From sequence record DRR723986_8792: a stretch of 37,312 nt of DNA; one strand, 5' to 3'. A program made the translations under genes and the position numbers. The notes beneath the pieces were generated by a model. The model searched no databases. It saw only the letters and a list, made by a program, of their open reading frames with translations, and was not told the origin of the DNA. The stretch's first letter is position 1; each line of letters opens with the position of its first letter. Below are positions 26,401 to 37,059 of this stretch, piece by piece.

Positions 26401-26733
26401 CAATGGTGCGTGCTGCTTCAGGTTTGCCTCCCAGTCGCGGAAGCCAGTCTGAAGCCACAGGCGTTTGGTGTCGACAGCCGAGCCACAGACGCTGACGACA
26501 AGCCGTCTGAAAATGCGGATCCGACACAACAAGAAAGAAGAAAAGAGCCAGTTTGCCCCATGCCTGTGAAGGCTGGTGACGGTCGCTGGCCTTCCCTATG
26601 TTACGCAACCAGCAAACTCTTTTGAACTAGCACCCCACCCATCAAGACGTTTGGATCGGGAAATGCATGGGTTGGGGGCCCACCTTGGTCGTTATAACCC
26701 GCACAATCCGCCCTTGTTTCGCGACACCACGAG

Positions 26734-28182
26734 TCACATTCGCGATGCGATACCGGCTTTTTCGAGCGGATGTGCGCCGTACATTGATAGCGAGCTCGCT
26801 TCAGAAGACGGAAACATTTTCCCACGATTTGCGATTTCTTTCGGGTCGCAAGCCTTCCGAAGGCGACGCATCAGCTCAATAGAGGCTTCGTCGAACATGC
26901 CTTCAAGGAACTGCCGCTTTTCCATCCCCACGCCATGTTCGCCCGTAATTGACCCACCTAAATCGATGCAGACCTGGACGATCTGACCAGCGAGTGCTTC
27001 TGCGCGATGCAGTTGTCCCGGCAGTCTGCCGTCAAACATGATCAGCGGATGCAGGTTGCCGTCGCCAGCGTGAAAGACGTTCGCTACTTCGATCCCAGCC
27101 GCTTCGCTCAGTGATTGGATCTTGGCGAGCGCGTAACCTAACTTACTACGCGGGACGACGCCATCTTGGACGATGAAATCGGGATAGAGTCGCCCGACTG
27201 CAGAGAACACGCTCTTGCGACCTTTCCAAATCGTCGCTCGGTGCTCAGCGTCTGAAGCAACGATGATCTCGGACGCACCACTTTGATTCAGCAGTTCATC
27301 TAGCTGGCGTTGTTCCTGCGCGACGGCCGCTTCGCCACCATCCAGCTCGACAATCAAAACGGCCTCAACTCCGGCAGGGTACTCAGCACCGACAGCTTCA
27401 TGGGCGGCACGCATGCTGAGCGTATCCATAATCTCCATCGCCGCTGGCAACAGACCGCTTCCGATAATAGCGCTGACCGCGTCACCGGCGGCTGCCAGGC
27501 TTGGGTATCCAGCCAGTACGGTGTGAAAAGCTTCTGGTTTTGGGAGCAGCCGGACTTCGATTTCCAAAGCGATGCCCGTTAGCCCTTCACCACCGACGAA
27601 GAATCCCAATGTGTCGGGGCCGATACACTCTGGTGCTCCCGTGCCCACCTCAACAACTTGGCCATCGGCCAAAAGCACCTTCATGCGAAGTACATGGTTG
27701 CTGGTCATTCCATACTTTAAACAGTGAGCACCACCGGAGTTGAATGCAACGTTCCCGCCGATCGTGCAAACCTGTTGACTACTCGGGTCAGGAGCGTAGT
27801 AAAGATCTCGGCTGGCCACAGCGGCACTCAACTTGCTATTGATTACTCCCGGCTGAACGGTAGCAGTCCTGTTTTCAAAATCGACGTGCTTGATTTGGTC
27901 GAGTCGGTTGAGCGCAATGACGACTCCTTCGGCATGCGGTAGTGAACCGCCGGACAAGCTCGTGCCGCTGCCGCGGGCCACCATAGGAACATCGTTCTCG
28001 TAGCACCACTTCACGGCCGCGACGACTTCCTCTTCGTTCATCGGAGTGATCACAGCTTTGGGCCGCTGGGCAAACGCCGTCAGGCCATCACTTTGGAATG
28101 CAGCCAGGGCACTCGACGATTCACTGACACGATCGCTCGGTAGAACGTGAAGGAGAGTTTCCATTAGAGGAGGGGCAAGCAT
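26734..28182 (-). CDS. glcD: Glycolate oxidase subunit GlcD-like FAD-linked oxidase
   Basis: 482 aa. Motifs [79 protein letters not shown]. Confidence 0.9.
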   Translation of the reverse strand: MLAPPLMETLLHVLPSDRVSESSSALAAFQSDGLTAFAQRPKAVITPMNEEEVVAAVKWCYENDVPMVARGSGTSLSGGSLPHAEGVVIALNRLDQIKHVDFENRTATVQPGVINSKLSAAVASRDLYYAPDPSSQQVCTIGGNVAFNSGGAHCLKYGMTSNHVLRMKVLLADGQVVEVGTGAPECIGPDTLGFFVGGEGLTGIALEIEVRLLPKPEAFHTVLAGYPSLAAAGDAVSAIIGSGLLPAAMEIMDTLSMRAAHEAVGAEYPAGVEAVLIVELDGGEAAVAQEQRQLDELLNQSGASEIIVASDAEHRATIWKGRKSVFSAVGRLYPDFIVQDGVVPRSKLGYALAKIQSLSEAAGIEVANVFHAGDGNLHPLIMFDGRLPGQLHRAEALAGQIVQVCIDLGGSITGEHGVGMEKRQFLEGMFDEASIELMRRLRKACDPKEIANRGKMFPSSEASSLSMYGAHPLEKAGIASRM

Positions 28183-28234
28183 GGGGGATTCTACAGCGAT
28201 GGAAAAGCGATTTTTGCGTGGCTGGAAAGGGCGG

Positions 28235-29542
28235 CTATTCGTGTCGAAGTGCTTCGATCGGATTCATCATAGCGGCTCGCCGGGCAGGATAGAGACCAAA
28301 AAGCAAGCCGACGCCCAGTGAAATAAACAGCGAGAGCCCAATGGACCACAGCGCGATGCGCGGTTCAAGCGTCTGGACTATTGGAGGCAGTGAATCGGGA
28401 GATACCATGCCAATGACCCACCGGCTGGCCCGAAAAATGGGGCCACATAACAATCCACAAACAACGCCGAGCAGCCCGCCTGATCCGGTCAGCACCAATG
28501 TTTCGCTGAGAAACTGTTGGATGATGTCGTTGCGTTTTGCACCGAGAGCCCTGCGGATTCCAATCTCGCGTGTTCGTTCGGTGACGGTTGCAAGCATGAT
28601 GTTCATGATGCCGATGCCGCCAACCAAGAGCGAGATACCAGCGATGACGACTAACAAGGCGTTGAACATTGAACGAGTCCGCTCTGCCTGCTGCAACAGC
28701 TCTTTTGGAACAACGACCGCGAAATCCTCTTGGTCGTGATACTTCGTCAGCAGATACTCAACGACTGCTGCGGTTTGATCTACTTTGTTGATATCGTCCA
28801 CGGTCAACGTGATTTGTGTCAGCTCGACGACTTCGCCTTTGAAGTTGAACCCTTCACCGGTGCGAGTCATGATCTGATCACCCACGCGATGGCGGAACGT
28901 TTCCAGTGGAATGTAGGCGTCGAGACTATAGTCGCGGGCCTCCAGGCTTCCACCAATGGCCGCAGATGCGGTTCGTGGGCCAGTTTGACCGATGACGGTA
29001 TAGACGTCACTTTCGACACGGATCTTCTTGCCGATGGGGTTTTCATACGGGAAGAGCCGCCGAGCCGTTTGATCAGCCAGAACAATGACGTTCTCCGCCC
29101 CGTCGCTGTCGCTCAACCATCTTCCACGGGCAATTTCTAGGCGGTTGAGTTGCAGGTGCCCGATGGTGCAGCCGACTAGCTTTACGTCCAATGTCGTGCC
29201 GCCCCGCATGAACTGTCGTTTGAGTTCACGGATTGGCACCGCCTCAGTAATGGTCGGCACGTTGGTCATGATCCGCTGGAAATCGCTTCGGCGGAGCCCG
29301 TACGTTTTCACTCGCTGGTTCGGATCATCCAGCGTTGGTTCAACGCTACGAACAATGATATTCGTCGCCCCCAATTCCATGATCTGCTGTTGGGCTTGGT
29401 AGGAAACTCCTTCGCCCATGGCGACCAACCAGATGACGGTTGTCGTACCAATGAAGATTCCTAGTGCCGCAAGTGAAGAACGCATCTTCTGCAGCATCAG
29501 GCTTTTCAGTCCGAGCTGAAACGTCTGCAAGAATGACCTCAT
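28235..29542 (-). CDS. MacB/FtsX-type ABC transporter permease (no fused ATPase)
   Basis: 435 aa. [12 protein letters not shown], periplasmic core domain, [57 protein letters not shown] overlap with the upstream adaptor gene. Confidence 0.95.
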   Translation of the reverse strand: MRSFLQTFQLGLKSLMLQKMRSSLAALGIFIGTTTVIWLVAMGEGVSYQAQQQIMELGATNIIVRSVEPTLDDPNQRVKTYGLRRSDFQRIMTNVPTITEAVPIRELKRQFMRGGTTLDVKLVGCTIGHLQLNRLEIARGRWLSDSDGAENVIVLADQTARRLFPYENPIGKKIRVESDVYTVIGQTGPRTASAAIGGSLEARDYSLDAYIPLETFRHRVGDQIMTRTGEGFNFKGEVVELTQITLTVDDINKVDQTAAVVEYLLTKYHDQEDFAVVVPKELLQQAERTRSMFNALLVVIAGISLLVGGIGIMNIMLATVTERTREIGIRRALGAKRNDIIQQFLSETLVLTGSGGLLGVVCGLLCGPIFRASRWVIGMVSPDSLPPIVQTLEPRIALWSIGLSLFISLGVGLLFGLYPARRAAMMNPIEALRHE

Positions 29543-31038
29543 CGCGCGGCTCCGAGTGCAACGACACCTCGAACCAAGGTGCTGCTACTTCCGGCCTTGC
29601 TGATTTTGGCTGTATCACGCTTCTTCCGCGCTGCCTTCTCGGAATCTTGCAGAGTTTCCTCGTTAGGTGCTTCTACATTCGGCGAGGAACGGTCGACGAA
29701 GGCGAGTGGATTCAAAACGACTTCTTCGCCCGCTTCTAGACCGCTGGAAACGATGACGAAGTTGTCGTCTGAATCTCCCAGCTCGACGATCCGCTTTTCG
29801 ACATCATTGTCTTGCCGTACCCAACAGCAGAACCCTTCGTCGGTCTCCAATATGCTGGCCACTGGGACACTCAAGACGTCGCTGTACTGAGCCAGCACGA
29901 CTTCGACGATGGCGCTCATGCCTGGCTTCAGGCCGGAACGCTTTTCGAGTTTGATGACTGTATCGTACTCAACCAAATTGCCCGTCCACCATCCGGCCGG
30001 TCGAGTCACTTCGGCAATCTCTTGCACTTCGCCGGAAAGATCAAATCCTTGCATCTCAATTCTGGCAGGCATACCAACGGACAGACGGTCGACTTTGGAT
30101 TCGTGAATGCCAACCTTGACCTGCATCTTCTCAACATCAGGAATCATCAAGAGGGTTTGCTGTTCGCGGACGACGGCACCTTCTTCGATGTCAGGCGTTG
30201 ACTTCCAGTCGGCCATGGACGGGAAAATCACCAAGCCGGATGCTGGAGCAACGATGGTGCAGTTTTCGAGTTGTTCTTTCTCGCGTTCAAGGCGTTGTTT
30301 CTCCAAAGCGAGTGCTGCATTGTCTGCTGCCAGCCGAGCTTCAGCCGCGTTAAGGTTGGCGCGAAGCTCTTCGAGCTGTTTTTCCTTGGTGTACTTTTCT
30401 AGCGAGTTGAGCTTGGTGCGTTTGAGTTCCAGGTCTTTCTCTGCGGATTCAACCGCAAACTCTTGTCCTTCCAATTGCAGGCCACGGACGATGCCCTTGC
30501 CGGCCAATCGGCGAGCGCTGGCCATTTCTGCCCGAGCTCGCTTTACTTGTTCCTCGGCGTCGAAGATCTCCTTCTCCATCTCGCTCTTGGTTTCTTGGTA
30601 AGTCCCTTCGAGATACTCGGTGATACTCGTCTGAGCAACTTTGACATCACTCTCAGCAATAATCTTGTTTGCCAACGCGTTCTCATAGGAGATCTGGCGT
30701 TGGGTTACATTGTCTTCAATCTGAGACCGATCCAGCTCCACGAGGACATCGCCTGGTTTGACGGTCGTGCCAGTTTCAATCACCCACAGTACCGTCGAAC
30801 CACCTTTTACGTTGCATTTAATCTCAATGTTATTGGAACTCTCCAGCGTGCCGTCTGCCGTGACGGTAATTTCCATCGACGCCCGTTTCACTTTGTGGGT
30901 CAGCAGGTCCGAGTAGTCTTGCTTTTCGGGAAGCAGCGAAAAGTAAATCCATCCACCGATCGCGGCCGCAGCAACACCGGCAACGACAAAGAGTACGAGA
31001 GCTTTGGGAATTGAGCGTGGGGTTTCGCCGCTTGCCAT
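29539..31038 (-). CDS. MacA/HlyD-like periplasmic adaptor subunit
   Basis: Start probably the ATG at 31038 (MASGETPRS..LVLFVVAGVAAAAIGGWIYF). Lipoyl half-motifs (GTTVKPGDVLVELD; TIVAPASGLV), long coiled-coil hairpin, LKPGMSA, SGLEAGEEVV. Confidence 0.9.
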   Translation of the reverse strand: MASGETPRSIPKALVLFVVAGVAAAAIGGWIYFSLLPEKQDYSDLLTHKVKRASMEITVTADGTLESSNNIEIKCNVKGGSTVLWVIETGTTVKPGDVLVELDRSQIEDNVTQRQISYENALANKIIAESDVKVAQTSITEYLEGTYQETKSEMEKEIFDAEEQVKRARAEMASARRLAGKGIVRGLQLEGQEFAVESAEKDLELKRTKLNSLEKYTKEKQLEELRANLNAAEARLAADNAALALEKQRLEREKEQLENCTIVAPASGLVIFPSMADWKSTPDIEEGAVVREQQTLLMIPDVEKMQVKVGIHESKVDRLSVGMPARIEMQGFDLSGEVQEIAEVTRPAGWWTGNLVEYDTVIKLEKRSGLKPGMSAIVEVVLAQYSDVLSVPVASILETDEGFCCWVRQDNDVEKRIVELGDSDDNFVIVSSGLEAGEEVVLNPLAFVDRSSPNVEAPNEETLQDSEKAARKKRDTAKISKAGSSSTLVRGVVALGAAR

Positions 31039-31571
31039 GGCACAAGGTCTCGAAGAGGGAGGATGGTTTCGACCGGAGGGATGACGGAAACGCAGATCAA
31101 CGTAGTCCATCGGTGGGCGGGGCAGCGAAAGACGGATTCGCACCGGAGGCGTGGAATGACTTGCTGCAGGCCAACATTTTATCTGCTTGCACTGCTGTTG
31201 TCGAATCACTGGTGCCGTCGAACAGGCTAAGGCAGACAATCAGAGCAGCGCAACGACTCACGGTAAGGCAGAGATTCCGAGCCGCGCTGAGAATCAGTTG
31301 TGGAAATCACCCGCAGACTGCGTGCACAGAGCTCTGAGTAGATGCGAGCTTTGAGAAGATGCGGCTTGCGTCGAAGCAAACGAGCAGACAGGCTCAAAAG
31401 ACTGTTTCGGCGGAACACCGCTCTGGCGGACGGCTGGTCCAGCGGAAGACATACGGGCGTGCCTGTCCCACGGGAAGCTGAACAGAAGCGCCGCGACCTC
31501 TCGCGAAGTCGCAGCGAAGATAGCTTAGATTCGTGCTCGGCATCTAGCGCGAGCGATTGATCTAGAGGGAG

Positions 31572-33299
31572 CTATTTTCCGGTCGATTTCCAGTTGGACG
31601 ACTCGAACAGACGAGGTCGTTGGCTTCGACGCTGCGAGTACGTTTCTTCACCTGCGTTTGGCGAAGTCAGCGTATGGTGAGCGGGATGCCGAGCAGTAGT
31701 TGGCATTGAGCCGGAAAGCTGTAGTTGTCCTTGGGACGATTGTCGCTGTGACCGCAACTGTACACCAGCTCGTTCGACCGGCTGCTTGCTGCTCGCTTGT
31801 TCGTTCGGCTGAGCGATGAAATTGCCACGCTGAACCGGAGCAGGTGGTTTCGATACTGCACGCTGACGCGGTTCAGTTTCTGTCGCTGGAAAGCTAGCCC
31901 AGCGGATCTGCTTCGATGTTCCGGCCACTTCGGACCAGTCGACATTGCTGCGATTCGGTTCAGCCGACGCCGTTAAGTCATCTTCTCTCAACAAGCTTGG
32001 ATTCCACGGACGCACTTTGAAATCAGGCGGTACTGGCATCGGCTTCATTGAAGGCTTTGATCGCGGCAATCGAGCGGGCTCCGATGCAACAGAGCGATTC
32101 TCTCTCAGGGCAGGCTCGCTTGTTGGAGCACTGCGACTTGGTTCATCCCGTGGTGGAAAAACGCCAGTCGGAGCGGCTGAACCGAGACTTCCCGAATCAT
32201 CGACGGGCGTCCATCTTCGTTCTTCAGTCCGTTCGGCGCTTGACGTTGAGGGGGCAGAACTGGATGTCGAAGGTGCAGAACTGGACTCCGGGTAAACCGT
32301 TCGCGCTCGTACTTGCGGGCGAAAGCGAGTCGGCGTGCCGGAGAGCGACGGTGGAGAATCCGCTGGATCGTTGCTTGGAGCAACCGAACTTGGAGCGGGA
32401 CCGAGTCCGCTGCCCGTGCCTGGGTAAGTTGGGTCGTACGAGCCCGCGGGCGGAGCATACGTGGGGGCAGGAGGAGCGACCAAGCCCGGTGTCGCACCAT
32501 ATGGTGAAACCGTTGAAGGTGCGTAGCTATTTCCTGTGCAGCCGCCAGATTGGGTTCCGTAGTACGGATCGGCACCGTAAAGCGATGAGTTTAACGGTTG
32601 AGTCTGATAGGCCCCAGCCGGGACAACTCCTTGAGTCGGTGGCAACGTTGTGTAGCCTCCGTACGAACGTGTCGTTACGCCTGGCGTGTAATAATTGAGT
32701 GGAACGCCACCGGAGGGCAGCGTGTAAGCTGGCGCGGTGGACGGGGTTGCGACTACAGTCGGTGATTCGTAAGATCCGAACAAAGCACTACGTCCAAGTG
32801 CTGGAACGCGCTGGGCTTGATATTCGAAAGAGGTGCAAGGGGCCATGCGAGTCGTTTGGGCACCGGTGACTGGGTCCGTCGAAAGCACAGGGCGGTAATA
32901 AGTAACCGGAGTGCGATTGACGTTCGTGCGGAAGTTGGGCACGTAGGACAGACTTGTTGGGTTCGGTGGGACGACGGAAATCGTTGCACCATTGGCGTAC
33001 CCGGGCTGAGAAAACGCCGGTGCAGGAACGATGGGAGCGTTTGATACCGAGCCAACGCCATATCCGGCGTAGCCTGCCGAGTAGGGGGCTGGCTGTGCCG
33101 CGTAACCGTATGGCGCGTAGCCAGCGCTGTATGCCGTCGCTGGAGCGGTTCCAACCGGTACTGGCGCGCCAACTGCGTAAGCGGGTTGCTGACGGCCGAA
33201 CAACCAATCGAGCAATGGCCCTGCATGCGCGGAAGATTGTGTTAATCCCGCGAGACTCAAGCCTAGCAGCATGCAAAAAATTCGTTTCGGGCTCGTCAC
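31572..33299 (-). CDS. Secreted Pro/Tyr/Gly/Ser-rich low-complexity hypothetical protein
   Basis: Frame open from 33347; the GTG at 33299 has an AAGGA SD. Signal peptide ends SAHA|GPLLDWLFG. Structured-looking core VTYYRPV..DPVTG..MAPCTSFEYQAQRVP, with a disordered remainder. Confidence 0.8.
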   Translation of the reverse strand: MTSPKRIFCMLLGLSLAGLTQSSAHAGPLLDWLFGRQQPAYAVGAPVPVGTAPATAYSAGYAPYGYAAQPAPYSAGYAGYGVGSVSNAPIVPAPAFSQPGYANGATISVVPPNPTSLSYVPNFRTNVNRTPVTYYRPVLSTDPVTGAQTTRMAPCTSFEYQAQRVPALGRSALFGSYESPTVVATPSTAPAYTLPSGGVPLNYYTPGVTTRSYGGYTTLPPTQGVVPAGAYQTQPLNSSLYGADPYYGTQSGGCTGNSYAPSTVSPYGATPGLVAPPAPTYAPPAGSYDPTYPGTGSGLGPAPSSVAPSNDPADSPPSLSGTPTRFRPQVRARTVYPESSSAPSTSSSAPSTSSAERTEERRWTPVDDSGSLGSAAPTGVFPPRDEPSRSAPTSEPALRENRSVASEPARLPRSKPSMKPMPVPPDFKVRPWNPSLLREDDLTASAEPNRSNVDWSEVAGTSKQIRWASFPATETEPRQRAVSKPPAPVQRGNFIAQPNEQASSKQPVERAGVQLRSQRQSSQGQLQLSGSMPTTARHPAHHTLTSPNAGEETYSQRRSQRPRLFESSNWKSTGK

Positions 33300-33708
33300 T
33301 GCAAGTGATCCTTTTGGTACGCGTTCGGCCAACAGACCATGAAGCACACTGTTTGATGCCAGCGCAAAGCTAGCGCGTCAATCGGTCGTCGCTAGGCTAT
33401 AGCCCAATGTCGTGAAAAGTGCGACTTCCAGTAAACGGTGGTTCCGTTTGTAACGATTGTGCCAGCGGACGGGGCCTGCAAAGATTCTCGCAACTTGCAA
33501 CCTCCAATTCCCGAAGTGCCGGCAAGCAATGGTAGGCCATGGGGGCGTTGAGGCAAGTCGAGCATTACCCATCGCACCGCGCCGCTGGACAGCAGCCTTC
33601 ATTGAAAAGGGGCGATTTGGCTAATGCTTGCGAAGAATGAGACGACTTGAATTTAATTCTGTATTACGTCCGCACTTGGGTGCCGAACACCGGGACACAC
33701 TTGAGTCG

Positions 33709-33893
33709 CACCCGCAAGCAATGCACGTTTCCGTTGGTGAAGTCTGACGGTCACGCTGGCTTTGCGGGTGATAACGATGGCGATGTGGCGAATAGGGGGA
33801 GATGAGCGTAAACCCGCAAACCAGGGGCTTCAGGGTGACCTAGGTTTCGAAGGCGTCGGTCCATGAGCACCGACGTTAGCTGACAGTCATTGC
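33709..33893. other. Candidate structured RNA or regulatory element (nested inverted repeats with alternative pairings)
   Basis: Nested complementary blocks GCAATG/CATTGC, CGTTGGTG/CACCGACG, GGTCAC/GTGACC, CTGG/CCAG and TTTGCGGGT/ACCCGCAAA in a divergent intergenic region. Confidence 0.4.
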
Positions 33894-34059
33894 GTGAGAA
33901 GTCATGAACTTGATCAATGCAACGGCTTGCGCTTAGCCCCATTGCTCACGTTGACTCTTGCCCCGGCGAAAAGATGTTTGTTTGCAACAACTATCCAACG
34001 CGCTCGCATGAAACCCTCGCGAGCCCCGGCCCAACGAAGAAGTTCGGAGGGCACGGTCG

Positions 34060-35973
34060 ATGAACATCTTGAAGAACCAACGGCGTATTCTGGTTGTTGC
34101 CACCAGCGGAGACGCTGACGAGTTCACCGCCGAAACCGGCAACGCACTGGTCGTCAATGCGACTCCGGGAGAAAATGCGCTACGAGCAACGTGCGGCGCT
34201 GTTGCGGCCGGTTTGCCGTTCGACGTCGCTATCTTCCTACCCGACAAGCAACCCAGTTGGGAGATCCTGTCAGAACTGGAAGGCCTCTGGAAAGTAGATC
34301 CAGATCTGCAAATCATTATCCAGCCGAAAACTGGAACTCCGATGCTGGGCGATGTGCTCAGTAGACTTGAAGATCCAGACCGTGTCTGCGTATTGCGCCG
34401 CCCTGCCGCTGCAGATGAAATTGAGCACCTGATCCGAGGACTGGTTTCCAAGCGGCGCAGACTGCTCAGCACCCGAGCTCAGATTCGAACACTGGAAGCA
34501 AGAAATCTTGAGCTCAATACAGAGCTTGGAGAGTCCCGGTACACCGAGAATCGGCTCGTTCACGCTGCAACGCACGACTGTTTGACCGGATTGCCAAACC
34601 GCGAATTCATCCGCCAACGAATCGCCGAGTGTGCCGTTGAGCATTCCGATGACTCGACGTCGGCTCTCCTGTTCTTGGATCTGGACAACTTTAAATTCAT
34701 CAATGACTCTCTCGGCCACGATATTGGCGACGCTCTGCTGGTTCAGTTTTCCGAACGTCTGCGCGCGGTCGAAGAATATCGGGCCTGCGAAGAGCCTGGA
34801 CAAGAGACGTATGCAGCCCGTTTGGGCGGCGATGAATTCGTGCTACTGCTAAAGGGCCTGTCAGACACGCAAGATACAGAACGCATAGCCCAAGCCCTCC
34901 AACGACACCTTACACAAGGTTACGCCATCGAGGGGCACGATGTACGAGTTGGCGTCAGTATCGGTATCGCTTTCTTTGACCAGGGCGTTACCGCTCCAGA
35001 GCAACTGATGCGCAACGCTGATATGGCGATGTACCGCGCGAAATTTGGTGGAAAGCAATGCATTGCCGTTTTCGACAACGCGATGCAGCAATCTACCGCT
35101 CGCCGCATCATGCTGGAAAACGAACTCAGGGGTGCCTTGCGAAAGAGCTCCTTCTCGCTGCACCACCAGCCCATTTTTTCGCTTAGTGAAAATCGGCCCG
35201 TCGCCGTTGAATCGCTCATGCGCTGGCAGCTCGACGACGGAGCTTCCGTCAGCCCTGACGAATTCATTCCTATCGCCGAAGAAACAGGACTCATCGTTCC
35301 GATTGGAAAGTGGGTCATTCGCGAGGCACTGCAGACGATCAGAAAGATCAACAGCAAACGTAGTGATAGTGAGCGGCTGTCGATCAGTGTGAACGTCGCC
35401 AAAAGGCAACTGCTTGATCCTTACTTCATCCAGTTCGTCGAAGATTGCCTAAATCAGAGTGGTCAACGTGGAAATTGCCTGAGCATCGAAATAACCGAAC
35501 AGGTCGTCTTGGACGGAAGCAAGCAGATTCACGCGAATTTGGAAGCACTGCGTCGCCTGGGCGTGCGGATCTTCCTGGACGATTTCGGTACCGGGCACTC
35601 TTCGCTAACCTGCCTGCACAAGTTTCCGATCGACGTCGTTAAGATTGACCGAACATTCGTATCCACCATGGAAACGAACGAAGACTACGCATGCATTGTT
35701 GGAGCGATTGTCTCACTGGCCCATCGCCTTGGCGCGTCCGTCATCGCGGAAGGCATCGAGACCGAACAGCACGTAGAGCAACTCAAAGCCCTCGAGTGCG
35801 ATTGGGGGCAAGGCTACCACTTCTCGCGTCCACTCGCCAAGGACGCACTTGCAGAGCTGTGCTGTGAAGTTGACGAGCTTGACACTGATCAGTCACACGC
35901 CATTGTGCCTCAAACCGCCGACGCGTTTCCCGCCAGCTCCGTCGCACCGCCCAACCCCCTTCCCGGCGTCTAA
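34060..35973 (+). CDS. Diguanylate cyclase/phosphodiesterase (degenerate receiver-like N-terminus, GGDEF, EAL)
   Basis: 637 aa. GGDEF domain: HDCLTGLPNR, FLDLDNFKFINDSLGHDIGD, ARLGGDEF, NADMAMYRAK. EAL domain: QPI, ESLMRW, DDFGTGHSSL, KIDR, AEGIE, QGYHFSRP. GGAGG SD upstream. Confidence 0.95.
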   Translation: MNILKNQRRILVVATSGDADEFTAETGNALVVNATPGENALRATCGAVAAGLPFDVAIFLPDKQPSWEILSELEGLWKVDPDLQIIIQPKTGTPMLGDVLSRLEDPDRVCVLRRPAAADEIEHLIRGLVSKRRRLLSTRAQIRTLEARNLELNTELGESRYTENRLVHAATHDCLTGLPNREFIRQRIAECAVEHSDDSTSALLFLDLDNFKFINDSLGHDIGDALLVQFSERLRAVEEYRACEEPGQETYAARLGGDEFVLLLKGLSDTQDTERIAQALQRHLTQGYAIEGHDVRVGVSIGIAFFDQGVTAPEQLMRNADMAMYRAKFGGKQCIAVFDNAMQQSTARRIMLENELRGALRKSSFSLHHQPIFSLSENRPVAVESLMRWQLDDGASVSPDEFIPIAEETGLIVPIGKWVIREALQTIRKINSKRSDSERLSISVNVAKRQLLDPYFIQFVEDCLNQSGQRGNCLSIEITEQVVLDGSKQIHANLEALRRLGVRIFLDDFGTGHSSLTCLHKFPIDVVKIDRTFVSTMETNEDYACIVGAIVSLAHRLGASVIAEGIETEQHVEQLKALECDWGQGYHFSRPLAKDALAELCCEVDELDTDQSHAIVPQTADAFPASSVAPPNPLPGV

Positions 35974-36015
35974 GAGTCGAGAAACTGCGTGCTTGTCCAG
36001 CACTCAAGGCACCGG

Positions 36016-37059
36016 CTAGCTACAGGCTACCCAATTGCCTGTGCGTGCTGATTCGGTCAAGCAGTGGCAAATGTGGATGGCATCTCTCGCTAACTGGCCG
36101 TCCAGGCGGGGGGCGGCAGATCCGCTGGTGATCGCCGCTGCGGCTTCGTCAATCTCACCGCGAAAGGCATCGATCTCGTCTGCAGAGGCCAGTTCAGGTT
36201 GGCTAGCTGGCTGGTCGACGGGGAGCAATTGCAACGGCAGCGTGGCTACTGAATCACCAAGGGCAGAGAGTTCGAACTGCACCGCAGCACGCTCAAATTC
36301 AAGCTCATATCCATGGCAGAAGGGTCGCGCCGTTTGGCGACTCACCCCGCTGGATGTGCTCACGATCAAGTCCGCGTCATCGAACTCCATAATCGTACTG
36401 CAGAACTTAACCACATCGTCTTGCATCTGTGCTGATGCGATCACCCGCTTGGGCATGCCAAACAACAGACGGATGAAATGGGTGTCATGAACATGCAGAT
36501 CAATCAGTGGCCCTCCGACGGTCTTGGGGTTGTAGAAGTCTGGGATCCAATCTGGTGGGGAGATGATGCGTTTCAAGTGAGCTCGACGCGGAGCCCCGAA
36601 CCGATTCTCAGCCGCCGCTTTGTACGCAAATTCAAATTCTCCCATGAAGGGAAGTACTTGAGCGACGAATACCTGCCGGCCAGCAGACTTGGCGGCATCC
36701 AAGATTTCGTCGCACTCGGATGTTGTTAGGCCGAGCGGCTTTTCACATAGCACGTGTTTGCCCGCGGCTAGTGCCTGTTTGCAGGCGTCGACATGCAAAT
36801 TGGGCGGCAGGCAAACATCCACCAAGTCAATCGAATCATCGGCCAGCATCGCTTCGTACGATTCGTGAACGCTAAGTCCACTGACGTCGATTTGCTCACC
36901 GGGCGGGCCAAAATTTCCTTTGATGTTGGTCCAATCCCCCGCTCGCTTCTTCGCATCACGCGACGTAAATGCGGCTAATTCGACCGATGTAGATCGTTGA
37001 TATGCCAGGTAGTGAATCCAGCCCATAAAGCCCACACCGACTATCCCAGCTTTCAACAT
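36016..37059 (-). CDS. Gfo/Idh/MocA family NAD(P)-dependent oxidoreductase
   Basis: Start reassigned to the ATG at 37059 (MLKAGIVGVGFMG). Motifs IDLVDVCLPPNLH, GKHVLCEKP, GGPLIDLHVHD. Confidence 0.93.
   Translation of the reverse strand: MLKAGIVGVGFMGWIHYLAYQRSTSVELAAFTSRDAKKRAGDWTNIKGNFGPPGEQIDVSGLSVHESYEAMLADDSIDLVDVCLPPNLHVDACKQALAAGKHVLCEKPLGLTTSECDEILDAAKSAGRQVFVAQVLPFMGEFEFAYKAAAENRFGAPRRAHLKRIISPPDWIPDFYNPKTVGGPLIDLHVHDTHFIRLLFGMPKRVIASAQMQDDVVKFCSTIMEFDDADLIVSTSSGVSRQTARPFCHGYELEFERAAVQFELSALGDSVATLPLQLLPVDQPASQPELASADEIDAFRGEIDEAAAAITSGSAAPRLDGQLARDAIHICHCLTESARTGNWVACS

Noticed and set aside
32242-32283. Two 21-bp tandem repeats
   Set aside because: An in-frame duplication encoding SSAPSTS twice in a disordered protein region, with synonymous divergence. 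This is ordinary low-complexity expansion.
33812-33893. c-di-GMP-I (GEMM) riboswitch suggested by GCAAACC plus a GNRA hairpin upstream of a GGDEF-EAL gene
   Set aside because: The downstream GACGCAAAGC and tetraloop-receptor elements of the consensus are absent. Kept only as an unclassified structured element.
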